From an uncultured virus (IMG/VR IMGVR_UViG_3300025141_000064) (lineage: Duplodnaviria; Heunggongvirae; Uroviricota; Caudoviricetes): a stretch of 64,000 nucleotides of DNA. The stretch's first letter is position 1. Each line of letters starts with the position of its first letter. The notes under the pieces are model-generated. The model did no database searches. It saw only the letters and a program-made list of their open reading frames with translations, and was not told the origin of the DNA. The stretch lies in IMG/VR virus record IMGVR_UViG_3300025141_000064, one strand, 5' to 3'. Below are positions 9,005 to 17,939 of this stretch, piece after piece. A program made the position numbers and the translations under genes.

Positions 9005-9683
9005 ATTGTTCTGTAAATTTTCTTCTGTTAATTTCTGATTGAAACTCGTTGTTCCTTCTCTTCTTCAATTCTTCTTCCATCTTGGCTGCTTTTTCGGCTG
9101 CCTCATCGAGCAATCTCTTGTAATCTTTCTTGACATCTTCTGATGTAGTGGTGTTATGCTTCCACGCCTCGTTTTCTTTCTGTCGAAATTCAACGATATA
9201 TTCTGTGCGTTCTCTCTCATACGTTTTAAGGAACTCACATAAAACCTGTAAATCAATTCGGTTATATACCTTACCATATCCACCTGTTTTTGCTTGTTTG
9301 AAACACGCAGCCACATCCAATAGAGTTAACTGCGGAAACTCACCCATTATACCAATAGATGCGTTCAATATCTGCTTCTCGTTCATGTTGCTGGCAACAT
9401 TGAATGTGTCGCACAAGTCGATAACAAGTAGTGAAACCTGCCTGATACCCTCTTCTCTATGGTCGCGTAATATCTTACGAAGGGTTGGTGGGATAGGCTC
9501 TTTACCATATTTGGACAACCTATCATGCACAATCGCCTTTGCCGTAAGGTCTACGGTAAGCGATGCCAACGCCATGCCATTTTCAGACTTGAGTGCCGCT
9601 ACAATAGCGTCTTGTTTTTCAAGACCGAAGTTGCGCTGCAAGGCTACTCCGCCCTGTTCTTGTGTCTTTTGTAGTTCGCCCAT
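8904..9683 (-). CDS. DUF6633-like Bacteroidota phage protein (possible replication accessory)
   Basis: FNV..NMNEKQI...LTLLDV..CFKQAKTG.YGKVYNRID pattern; lies beside recombination genes. Confidence 0.55.
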   Translation of the reverse strand: MGELQKTQEQGGVALQRNFGLEKQDAIVAALKSENGMALASLTVDLTAKAIVHDRLSKYGKEPIPPTLRKILRDHREEGIRQVSLLVIDLCDTFNVASNMNEKQILNASIGIMGEFPQLTLLDVAACFKQAKTGGYGKVYNRIDLQVLCEFLKTYERERTEYIVEFRQKENEAWKHNTTTSEDVKKDYKRLLDEAAEKAAKMEEELKKRRNNEFQSEINRRKFTEQYGTNQHREEPTSAKNIAGSKSGGDSGDATGKTG

Positions 9684-10188
9684 TTTTTACTTCAACAAGT
9701 ATGTTCACTATGTCGCTTGAGATATTCGCCAGCTTAATTCGCCTACTGTAGAAATCTCCAAGTCTATTCCAATTATTCAATATGTACTGCCATGAGATCA
9801 AAATATCCTCATTCGTTACTTCTCCTACTCCACCTTTCTTCGCTCGTATCGCTCCTTCCAAATACTTGATAATATCCTTCAACGCTTTCCCTTCTGCTCC
9901 GTTTATCTTTGGCGCTACTCCTATCCTCACATTTACGAACTCGAAATACTCATCCATACATTGTCTGTGTATGGATTTCTCCGCAAAGCTACTGTTTTCT
10001 TCTTTATTCCGCAAGGTTTCTTCTTTAAGTCTGCCTGCTTTGACCAACTGCTTGTGTATTCTCGTAAAGGTCGCAGGTGTAGTGCCTATGGTTCGGCACG
10101 CCATATTCACGCTTCTTCCGCTATCTATTGCATCGCGAACCGCATATTCCAATACGGTTAAACCATCAAGATTATCGTAGTCAATCAT
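9619..10188 (-). CDS. Hypothetical protein, possible replication initiator-like
   Basis: N-terminal HTH-like segment and position upstream of the DUF6633-like gene; function is inference. Confidence 0.4.
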   Translation of the reverse strand: MIDYDNLDGLTVLEYAVRDAIDSGRSVNMACRTIGTTPATFTRIHKQLVKAGRLKEETLRNKEENSSFAEKSIHRQCMDEYFEFVNVRIGVAPKINGAEGKALKDIIKYLEGAIRAKKGGVGEVTNEDILISWQYILNNWNRLGDFYSRRIKLANISSDIVNILVEVKNGRTTKDTRTGRSSLAAQLRS

Positions 10189-10388
10189 AGCCTCTCCCTT
10201 AGTTTATCAATCTTCCGCTTGAAGTCTACCGTTGCGCGCTCATGGTCGAGCAGACCCTTCTTAACCCTTCTAATACCAGCTTTGGTCAGTTTTATTTCGA
10301 GACTGGCTACGTCTTTACTTACCGCAACCAACTCATCAATCAGGTGTTTTAGGTCGGGTAATAATTCTCTATCTACTTTTCCTCTCAA
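10185..10388 (-). CDS. Small helical basic protein, possibly Hc1/histone H1-like
   Basis: KAGIRRVKKGLLD resembles the KAAGxRxRKxL motif of Bacteroidota Hc1-like proteins. Confidence 0.4.
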   Translation of the reverse strand: MRGKVDRELLPDLKHLIDELVAVSKDVASLEIKLTKAGIRRVKKGLLDHERATVDFKRKIDKLRERL

Positions 10389-10678
10389 AACAATTTGTTT
10401 TTGATGTATGGGTCAGCTTCGTACCCTTTCTTGAGTACAATCAATAATCTTGGTTCTATTCCAAGTGTGCCACAGACAGCTATCAAATGCTCTTGGCTGA
10501 TGGTTGATGTTGATTTGTGTCTTGGGTCAGCATCATTCATCCATGTCTGAAATCGAGCGTAGTTAGCGCCTGACTTCTCGCATAACCTGTAGATATTCAC
10601 TTGATTATTGTCAATCCTTTGAACGACAGCTTTCTTTAACTCTTTCGAGCCAACAAGCATGTCGAACGCTTTACTCAT
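10385..10678 (-). CDS. Putative HTH DNA-binding protein
   Basis: IYRLCEKSGANYARFQTWMN...LIAVCGTLGI Cro-like pattern. Confidence 0.55.
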   Translation of the reverse strand: MSKAFDMLVGSKELKKAVVQRIDNNQVNIYRLCEKSGANYARFQTWMNDADPRHKSTSTISQEHLIAVCGTLGIEPRLLIVLKKGYEADPYIKNKLF

Positions 10679-11645
10679 TCTTAATGTAGGTTCTAAGCGT
10701 TCGCTTACCGTTCTTATCGGGTCTCCAAATAATCTTACCGTAATCTCCGCAGTTCATCTGCTCCATCTCACCCATGAACTCCATGATACGAGACTTCACA
10801 GCGCTGGTTTTTCCTTTATGCTCTTTGGCTGCGATGTTTAGGTCGTTCAGATACAATGCAGCTTGCAGCATCTCTTCATCTGCTTCAATCTTATCATCAG
10901 TAGTTGAGCGATACTTCTTGCGAAGGAATGTCTCGTAAGCAGTATTGTAGATTGGTTCGGGTGCAAACTCATCAAGAATTGGATAGACCTCATCACTTAA
11001 TGGGTCAACCCCCTTGATTGCTTCACGCCCTTTAAGAACCCTGTCCCAAATATCAGCCGTTACCTCATTGATACTATCAAACAAGGGCTTACTGAACTCA
11101 AACGGATATATTTCGGGAAACCTACCGTCAATCAGCACCGCCAATTCAGCGTACTCCAACTCCATTACTCCGAGATAGGTCTGTAATTGCTGAACGTATC
11201 GTGGAGGTATTCCGCTCTCCCACATTTGAGCGACCCAACCTATCATGGTCTTACACTCAAGGACAGATTTACCTCTCTTCGGGTCTGTAAAGAACCTATC
11301 AAGGTTTACTGAAAGTTGTGGGTACTTCGGGTTCGTGAAACGGAAGTTGGTCTTACGAGACTTACGGATAATGTTGCTGTTGTTGTAGTTCTCAACGATA
11401 GTGTTCTGACTTCCATCATAATACTGCCATAGCATTGCTACGGTATCTTCCAGCACTTTACCCATGAACGAGTGGATGTTATCTGCCCGATTAGGGTTGA
11501 TAACGCCCACCTTCTCATAGTAATACTCTACGTTTGCTTTCCAATCATCAAGCCCGAAGATGTACCCTATCTCTGAACCTCCAATGTATGTGCTACGCTC
11601 TGCGTGCCATTGATCTAATGGAATATTAGTTGGGAACTTTAGCAT
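10671..11645 (-). CDS. YqaJ-like viral recombinase exonuclease
   Basis: WHAERSTYIGGSE, NLDR, LECKT, QLQTYL; near RecT. Confidence 0.9.
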   Translation of the reverse strand: MLKFPTNIPLDQWHAERSTYIGGSEIGYIFGLDDWKANVEYYYEKVGVINPNRADNIHSFMGKVLEDTVAMLWQYYDGSQNTIVENYNNSNIIRKSRKTNFRFTNPKYPQLSVNLDRFFTDPKRGKSVLECKTMIGWVAQMWESGIPPRYVQQLQTYLGVMELEYAELAVLIDGRFPEIYPFEFSKPLFDSINEVTADIWDRVLKGREAIKGVDPLSDEVYPILDEFAPEPIYNTAYETFLRKKYRSTTDDKIEADEEMLQAALYLNDLNIAAKEHKGKTSAVKSRIMEFMGEMEQMNCGDYGKIIWRPDKNGKRTLRTYIKNE

Positions 11646-12012
11646 CTGCGACCTCTTCCTTTTCGTTAACCTCTTTTACGAACGCCTCATCAATCTTCGC
11701 CCTTGCCTTTTCAGCTTTCTGCGTCAATTCGTTCGCATCATTTGGAAACTGGCTACTGAACATAGCCCAAGCACCAAGACTGAATAAGGACACAATAATA
11801 TCCTCAACGATCTGCTCATTCGCATCGCGCTTGGTCATCTCCACTTCATACTCATGCTCCAATACTGGTTTGCCGTAAACCGATAACGCGAAGCTGACCT
11901 TGAACTTCTTATTCGGCTGCTTGTCGTAGTTGACCATCAACCCTGTCCCTTCTGTGAATTTCGTTCTGTCATTCAACAGGTTCTCAATTTTTGCAATAGT
12001 TAAGTTCACCAT
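11626..12012 (-). CDS. Hypothetical protein
   Basis: 128-aa ORF between recT and the exonuclease gene. Confidence 0.65.
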   Translation of the reverse strand: MVNLTIAKIENLLNDRTKFTEGTGLMVNYDKQPNKKFKVSFALSVYGKPVLEHEYEVEMTKRDANEQIVEDIIVSLFSLGAWAMFSSQFPNDANELTQKAEKARAKIDEAFVKEVNEKEEVADAKVPN

Positions 12013-12019
12013 TTTAGTT

Positions 12020-12907
12020 TTATTTTTTTCCGATTAAATCTAATGTTTCCTGTGTGGCATCTTTCGCTTTATTGGCGCGAGTAGCCTTTCTCTCTTCTCT
12101 ATTCTCGTCTTCAACGACCTCCGCTTCCTCAACGATCTCCACATTGACATCTTCAACATCTTGGATGCTGTCGTCAAGCGTTACAGCCAATCCCTGCGAT
12201 TTGTCTTTGAGTTCTCCCAATTCATCGAGAGCAGCAGCCTTTTGGAACTCCGAACTAAGTGGAGCCATCTTAGCTAATCTACGAATTACAGACTTCATAG
12301 CCATTGATGCGTAGTGGTTCTTCCAAGCAGGTGAGTTCGGTGCTTTGGACATGGCTCTGACCTCTTCAACCTCCGCCTTTGACATTACATCAAACATGTG
12401 TCCACCATCCTTCATGTGTATTACTGCGTACACATGGGTCAATTCTCCCCTTTCTGTTTTGGTGGTTGGAACGTGATGCAGTTCCTCATTCAGTCCGAAC
12501 TGAAATCTGAAATCATCCTGCTCATACACCGCTCTCGGTTGGAATGAATTTACCTGCCCACTACGGTAAGCCAACTGAATGTAGCCCTTGTACCCGATAA
12601 TGAACTGACATTCAACGATACCTCTTCGGTTATTCTCGAAAGGTAATAGGTATGATTGACCGAGAATACCATCAGGAACAAGTCCCAACTGTGCGCTCTG
12701 AATGAGGCACGACATCAGCGATGCGTTGGTTGCTTCTAATAGTTTTGGAGTGGTGTTTATGCACGTTAGCGCCACTTTAATCATCCTTTCGGGAGTAATG
12801 AACTTCGGGAGTGCCTGTCCGATTGCGCCTTTGTTCTTTTCAAACAGCGCTTTTACTTCTCCCCTACGTTGTTTGATAACTGCAACCTTATCTTTATTAT
12901 CAGCCAT
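12020..12907 (-). CDS. recT: RecT-family single-strand annealing protein
   Basis: ALPKFITPERM, AQLGLVPD.LGQSYLLPF, QFIIGYKG, MAMKSVIRRL.K.APLS. Confidence 0.93.
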   Translation of the reverse strand: MADNKDKVAVIKQRRGEVKALFEKNKGAIGQALPKFITPERMIKVALTCINTTPKLLEATNASLMSCLIQSAQLGLVPDGILGQSYLLPFENNRRGIVECQFIIGYKGYIQLAYRSGQVNSFQPRAVYEQDDFRFQFGLNEELHHVPTTKTERGELTHVYAVIHMKDGGHMFDVMSKAEVEEVRAMSKAPNSPAWKNHYASMAMKSVIRRLAKMAPLSSEFQKAAALDELGELKDKSQGLAVTLDDSIQDVEDVNVEIVEEAEVVEDENREERKATRANKAKDATQETLDLIGKK

Positions 12908-12932
12908 TGACCTTTTATTATAGATTTGACCA

Positions 12933-12985
12933 CAAATATAATAGATTATTCCTTATGGCAAACAACAGAACATTTAATATCTTTG
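12933..12985. promoter_or_regulatory. Divergent promoters: minus-strand TATATTTG (12933-12940, TTTG at 12959-12962) and plus-strand TATCTTTG (12978-12985)
   Basis: Match to the TAnnTTTG consensus, upstream of recT and of ORF 13001. Confidence 0.7.
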
Positions 12986-13000
12986 AAAAAAACATTCGTC

Positions 13001-13312
13001 ATGCACATCGACTTAGGAACAAACGTAGACGCAGGTTGGACAAACTCAATCGCGTTCTCACACAACGGTACTGATTGGTCTACCATCCATAAATCAGAGA
13101 TTGCTGGTATCAGTAGACAACGGATTGCCAATGTTGGTAATGTTGATAAGGGCGCACCATATCCCCACTTGGAGAAAATTCACATCACAAGGACGGACAA
13201 CAGCAAGTTCAGTTTCGACATCAAGAGTATTCTCAATCAAGCGGCTTGGAGTGCTGGGGGAAACGCAGCACTTAATACGGCTGTGGACGACCTCACAACA
13301 TGGATAGCGTAA
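13001..13312 (+). CDS. Hypothetical protein
   Basis: ATG at 13001 downstream of the + promoter; in frame with ORF 12926-13312. Confidence 0.6.
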   Translation: MHIDLGTNVDAGWTNSIAFSHNGTDWSTIHKSEIAGISRQRIANVGNVDKGAPYPHLEKIHITRTDNSKFSFDIKSILNQAAWSAGGNAALNTAVDDLTTWIA

Positions 13313-13674
13313 CCAACAAGATTTTAGGGGTGATGGTATTAGCCATTATCGTACTTGTGTTGTTGAACATCAGGCAATGCAATAAGAACGCTGATATTAA
13401 GGATGCTGAACTTGATGCTGTTTCGTTGGAGCGTATTCAACAGGCTTGGGACGAGACAGAAAGAATAAATAAGTTGTGGTCAAGCGCACAGGATAGTCTT
13501 GACTACAAGGATAGCGTGATAGCTGTCATCTCAAGACGTAGACCTAAAAGAACGCATCACTATGATACGATTTACTTTGGTATTTCTTCTATTCCTACTG
13601 ACGAGCGATACTATATTCTCGCAGACAGAAGGGATTACTTGGTCTCCTTACGCGAACGAAGGTTCCCCCAGTAA
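13300..13674 (+). CDS. Putative spanin-like inner-membrane protein
   Basis: N-terminal TM helix plus helical soluble part; overlaps the next gene; next to the endolysin. Confidence 0.5.
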   Translation: MDSVTNKILGVMVLAIIVLVLLNIRQCNKNADIKDAELDAVSLERIQQAWDETERINKLWSSAQDSLDYKDSVIAVISRRRPKRTHHYDTIYFGISSIPTDERYYILADRRDYLVSLRERRFPQ

Positions 13675-14005
13675 GGAAGACACTATTGGCATCACTCAGT
13701 ACGATTGGGAACTGCTGATCTTCGGTGCGTATTTTGCGGAAGAGTGCGAAGGAAATCTACATGATGCTGACAGTATTAACGAACTCCATGTAGATAAGAT
13801 TGCTTGGTATAAAACCCAAATGGTCTTAAAAGACAGCGTAATTACCCAACGTGATGTCGTGATACTCGAACTGGAAGGTATCATTGATAGGGCGGATAAG
13901 CGCGAGAAGCGAAAGAGATTACAGAACGGTCTCAAAGACGCTGGACTTGGTACGGGTCTGGCTGCGTTAATAGGAATTATTATATGGAGAGAGGTTAGCC
14001 CCTAA
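13562..14005 (+). CDS. Putative spanin-like partner (signal peptide, coiled coil, C-terminal TM)
   Basis: Hydrophobic N-terminus and C-terminal GLAALIGIIIW; 113-nt overlap with the upstream gene. Confidence 0.5.
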   Translation: MIRFTLVFLLFLLTSDTIFSQTEGITWSPYANEGSPSKEDTIGITQYDWELLIFGAYFAEECEGNLHDADSINELHVDKIAWYKTQMVLKDSVITQRDVVILELEGIIDRADKREKRKRLQNGLKDAGLGTGLAALIGIIIWREVSP

Positions 14006-14480
14006 CCACTTGAAGTCTATCCTTGAAAGAAGCACCTGTCCAACAGGTGTCCCAATGTAACCAAGTCTTCGCATCCCTTATATCTTCAATCCTTCTGATA
14101 CCGAGAGCGTAGTAACGCGCCTCATACTTCCGAACGAAGTCATAGATAACCCTATTCTCGATGCGCTCCTTTGAGCCATCATCATTCTTGTAATAGAACA
14201 ATTTGTCGCTTGCTGCTCCGTGAGCGTGTAGTGATGTTGGAGACCAGTTCGGTTCTCCCTCTACTCTGCGACCCCTGTATTGGCTGCCGCTTGCGTTCCA
14301 CTTCCAGTCGTTTATGGTGCAGGAAACCTTGCGTCCGAACTCTTCTTCCAAGTCAAGGAGTAGTTGCAGGTCTGCCTCAATAATCGTGTTGGACACCCAC
14401 CGTATAGAGCGTGAGCCATATTCTTCGTAGATGCTTTTCGGAACATACTCTTGTACGCAAAACCTATCATTTAGCTTCAT
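13995..14480 (-). CDS. Endolysin, peptidase M15-like (Zn)
   Basis: R...SLHAHGAASD...WLHWD zinc motif set. Confidence 0.82.
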   Translation of the reverse strand: MKLNDRFCVQEYVPKSIYEEYGSRSIRWVSNTIIEADLQLLLDLEEEFGRKVSCTINDWKWNASGSQYRGRRVEGEPNWSPTSLHAHGAASDKLFYYKNDDGSKERIENRVIYDFVRKYEARYYALGIRRIEDIRDAKTWLHWDTCWTGASFKDRLQVVRG

Positions 14481-14730
14481 CTGCCTTGTGTGTGTATGCG
14501 TTTGATGCCCCGAAGAGACCTATCAAAGTTACCATGAATCCTCCGTACCAAGCTGGGGTCATTCGTGGGAATTGTTCAATCCAATAATGGTCGAAGCAGA
14601 TACCGTTCATTTCCAGTATCATAAATATCATGGTCTGTGGGTACTGCAATAGGTAGCAACCAGTTATGATGAACATGGTCAGTAGTGTCGCGTTGGATTT
14701 GCGACCACCCTTCTTTAAGACTTCGTACAT
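14467..14730 (-). CDS. Holin-like membrane protein
   Basis: Small, two hydrophobic segments, directly upstream of the endolysin. Confidence 0.55.
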   Translation of the reverse strand: MYEVLKKGGRKSNATLLTMFIITGCYLLQYPQTMIFMILEMNGICFDHYWIEQFPRMTPAWYGGFMVTLIGLFGASNAYTHKADEAK

Positions 14731-14972
14731 GCTCTTTCTTTGGCTCGCTTTTCATCTCGCTTGTCTCTCCATTGATTGTGCTTGACAACAGCCGTAAAGG
14801 TTATTGATATAGCGGTTACAATAAGAATGTAAATGTGAAAGAACTCGATTATCCCTGTCAGCCAAGCTACTGTCATAATACTGCCTATCAAATCTGTTGC
14901 GTACAGGATTACGTTAAGGATAGGGTTATCATGGATATGTCGGGTCAGCATACTATCAATCAGTCGTTCCAT
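14715..14972 (-). CDS. Holin-like membrane protein
   Basis: Two TM segments and a highly charged C-terminus. Confidence 0.6.
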   Translation of the reverse strand: MERLIDSMLTRHIHDNPILNVILYATDLIGSIMTVAWLTGIIEFFHIYILIVTAISITFTAVVKHNQWRDKRDEKRAKERACTKS

Positions 14973-15013
14973 TGGTTTTGCTCATATAGTCGTGTCTCAT
15001 GCTGGTTTCACAC

Positions 15014-15021
15014 CAAAAATA
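15014..15021 (-). promoter_or_regulatory. -7 promoter box TATTTTTG upstream of the holin/endolysin genes
   Basis: Consensus match in the intergenic gap. Confidence 0.5.
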
Positions 15022-15025
15022 CGAA

Positions 15026-15973
15026 TTAAACAAGTCGCTCTAAGAACCGCTCTATACTGTATAGGGAACGGCTCTGTCTGAATATCCTTTTGGACTGTTC
15101 GTAACACGCCTTATGAAGTGCCTCTCCTTTATCTCTCTCGAAGTTGTTAGCAAGGGTAAGCATGATGTCCGACAACTCCCCTTTGTCTTCATATAAGAAG
15201 CCAGTAACACCTTCAACTATCCACTCATTTAGTCGCCTTGATGACGCAAATTCATAGGTGGTAATTACTGGTCTTCCTGATATGATACTCTCTACTGGCA
15301 CGTTCGGACATCCATCATGGTCTTTCAAATGGAATGTTGCCATGCTATCAGTCATCAACTCTGGTACAGTTTCCGATGGAACTCTACTGTGGTTCTCAAA
15401 GCAGTTATACATCTCGCTTACCCTTGAGAACTCTGCAAATGAAATAGGAAACAACTGCTCGTAGTGTTGAACATACGACCTAACCTTCAACGCCTCACCT
15501 GTGAATGGCTTTAGCGTGAATACCTCTGTCTCTGGCAGCTTACTTCCAAGTACCGCATTGGAAACACCACACCTTTTGAAGTAATGGAACATCTCTATTG
15601 ATGTAGTCCATGCGTTCTTTATATGATGGAGGAACCTATAATTCACGTTCTCATTTCCTGAATAGTGTGCCAGCTTTGGATTAAAACCATCCTGTTTAAG
15701 CTGCTCATACAGTTTGATGGTGTCGTCTTCGGTCTCTCGACAACTGACAAATATCAGTTCTGGTGGGTTCTTGAAGAACTCTGGTCTTGAAATGACATCA
15801 ATCGTGTCGGTTCTATATCGGGTTCTGGTCTCTTCAAGATTACCTCTCTGGGAATACCTAAAATCCTTATCGAACGATGTATCAGGCATCACCAGCCTAT
15901 GTCCTAATTGGTCAAGGGCTTTGGAGAATACACGCTCGAAAGCGTTGTGCATGTGTGGGAAGAATACTCTCAT
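15026..15973 (-). CDS. GT-B glycosyltransferase (GT4-like, divergent)
   Basis: DGCPNVPVESIISGRPVIT...EWIVEGVTGFLY. Confidence 0.75.
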   Translation of the reverse strand: MRVFFPHMHNAFERVFSKALDQLGHRLVMPDTSFDKDFRYSQRGNLEETRTRYRTDTIDVISRPEFFKNPPELIFVSCRETEDDTIKLYEQLKQDGFNPKLAHYSGNENVNYRFLHHIKNAWTTSIEMFHYFKRCGVSNAVLGSKLPETEVFTLKPFTGEALKVRSYVQHYEQLFPISFAEFSRVSEMYNCFENHSRVPSETVPELMTDSMATFHLKDHDGCPNVPVESIISGRPVITTYEFASSRRLNEWIVEGVTGFLYEDKGELSDIMLTLANNFERDKGEALHKACYEQSKRIFRQSRSLYSIERFLERLV

Positions 15974-16773
15974 AGTGATAGGTATTTGTTTGACACCACA
16001 TAGGGGTTGGTCTTTTCAGCCGCGTTGGTCATTGCCCTTACGGCCATACCCCAAGCTGTTGACCGCCTGTTGTATGCGTGTTTCATACATAGATAGACCT
16101 CTTCCATCTCGTCTTGGTCATGTGTGGTGTAGAATGGGTAGTCTTCTCCAAGCAGTTCTATCTCCGCGTTCTTCAAACACATTACAGGCGAATGGAAGTA
16201 CGATGCTGTTGACAGCTTGGTTAAGGGGTCGTATGTGAATATATGTTCATCGGGTTTGATAATGTACTGCGCAGACGGAACCGCCATATCCGATGGAGAG
16301 AACATGTCGGGTCTTGTTACAGGGTTTGCCACCACAGGTATTTTCTCTGGCTCATAGAACTTCTCCTTCCCACCGAAATAAGCAACAGAGAACCCTGTGT
16401 CTTTTTTGATAGTGCCATATAATCTTGGGTCGAAGCTGTGATATATGGTGTGTACCGAATTATACCAATGGGAGTGCGCTTGTGCGGCATACTTGCTGCA
16501 ATAGATAGCACCATCGAAATGCTTGAGAACAGCTTTCTGTTCCTCCATTTCCCTATGTGCATCAATCACATCTATGAACACCTTATTGTTCGGACGTTTG
16601 ATGGGTAGGTATTTGGCGAGCGACAAAGGCTTCACAAGAATATAGGTCTCATCATCCTTTGGGACAACTTCGGAGACCGCTATTAGTTCAGCGTCAAGTA
16701 GTTCCGCCATCTGTTTCCCTCTAAGGAAGACCGACATTGCTCCTGCTATATCATCATCGTACACAAATATCAT
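15970..16773 (-). CDS. Glycosyltransferase-like protein (divergent GT-B)
   Basis: FIDVID, DGAIYCS, VAYFG, TKLSTA..F.SPV pattern; cluster context. Confidence 0.55.
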   Translation of the reverse strand: MIFVYDDDIAGAMSVFLRGKQMAELLDAELIAVSEVVPKDDETYILVKPLSLAKYLPIKRPNNKVFIDVIDAHREMEEQKAVLKHFDGAIYCSKYAAQAHSHWYNSVHTIYHSFDPRLYGTIKKDTGFSVAYFGGKEKFYEPEKIPVVANPVTRPDMFSPSDMAVPSAQYIIKPDEHIFTYDPLTKLSTASYFHSPVMCLKNAEIELLGEDYPFYTTHDQDEMEEVYLCMKHAYNRRSTAWGMAVRAMTNAAEKTNPYVVSNKYLSL

Positions 16774-17368
16774 CGCAGATTTCTTTGAAAGTTTCTATTG
16801 TAATCAGGTTCAGAAGCCGCTCCCTGTATTCTTCAAGGAAGTTGTATTCTACCTCACCAATAATGTCAAGCGGTTCACTTGTTCCGATGTCGAGAATAAG
16901 CCCAACCCCGAAGTCGGTATCAACGGTCAGGTTCATGTATCGGCTTGAGGTTTGCGACCTTCGGTAGTTGACCCATGCTTTCCATGTTGTTCCGTTCCAC
17001 ATTGGGAACTCTCCGTTGACCTCGTAGACCTCTCGCTGTGCAAATTCCGTAGGTGGGTTGCAGTCGTGCAGGACGATTGCCCCTCCTTTGTTGAGAACCC
17101 CCAATGAGTTATCAATATCCTTTGCAACCTGTTCGTCAATGTGTAACCCATCTATAAGTATGATGTCAAATTTATTTCTGTTGATAGCGAAAAACTCATC
17201 GCTCGTCATGCGATATTCCGCTCTCGCTTCTGGGTCTGGGTCAACCCCAATCCTTTGCTGGATTTTAATACGGTCAAAGCAATCGGGCTTATGCCTAACG
17301 CCTATCTCAAGGTAGGTTTTGTAGCCTTTGCTCTCAATCAGCCTGTTGATTATATCAAAGCGCTTCAT
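16754..17368 (-). CDS. Class I SAM-dependent methyltransferase (Methyltransf_24-like)
   Basis: YLEIGV, GVDP, FDIILIDGLH, GGAIVLHDCNP; start set at MKRFDII. Confidence 0.88.
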   Translation of the reverse strand: MKRFDIINRLIESKGYKTYLEIGVRHKPDCFDRIKIQQRIGVDPDPEARAEYRMTSDEFFAINRNKFDIILIDGLHIDEQVAKDIDNSLGVLNKGGAIVLHDCNPPTEFAQREVYEVNGEFPMWNGTTWKAWVNYRRSQTSSRYMNLTVDTDFGVGLILDIGTSEPLDIIGEVEYNFLEEYRERLLNLITIETFKEICDDICVR

Positions 17369-17939
17369 GGATAGTTTGTTTAGTATAGCACACTTTAGCG
17401 CCCCAGTCTTCCAGTACCGAAGCAAGGTTATCAGGTAGCGAACCCTTGCCACAAATAACCCCAACGGTTTTCGGGTGTCCTTCATCTTCTCCATGACTGA
17501 ACGCGATATAGTTGTCGAACTTCTTACATAGTATTCTGAACGCTGATGGTGTCGGTCTCCAATAATCGTCTGGGTAAGCGTGAATATGGAAGTTCATTAC
17601 CGTTACCACTATCGCAATCCCATCGCTGGTCAGCACCCTATGTATCTCATCCATCATTTTGAATGGGTTTTCAACATGCTCAAGGGTGTCAAGTGAAATG
17701 AAATTATCCACCACTCCGTCAGCAAACGACATATTCATTACGTCCTGCATCATGTCCACTCCATTACCCATTCTCATATCAAGACCGAAGTAATGTGCAT
17801 GGTCTTCAAAGAGTGGTCTGACTGACAAATCCTCCTGACCCTTCACAATAAACGACCCTATCTCATATATCGGTGCTGGTCTGAACAGGTCTGTTTTCTC
17901 TTTCGCCTCTTTCACAAGGTTGAATATCTCGTCTCTCAT
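17355..17939 (-). CDS. SAM-dependent methyltransferase (type 11-like)
   Basis: EIGS, GLD, DTLEHVENP, EIHRVL..DG, HAYPDDYWR. Confidence 0.88.
   Translation of the reverse strand: MRDEIFNLVKEAKEKTDLFRPAPIYEIGSFIVKGQEDLSVRPLFEDHAHYFGLDMRMGNGVDMMQDVMNMSFADGVVDNFISLDTLEHVENPFKMMDEIHRVLTSDGIAIVVTVMNFHIHAYPDDYWRPTPSAFRILCKKFDNYIAFSHGEDEGHPKTVGVICGKGSLPDNLASVLEDWGAKVCYTKQTIHEAL

Noticed and set aside
14956..15000. 14-codon ORF upstream of the holin-like gene
   Set aside because: Too short to support without expression data
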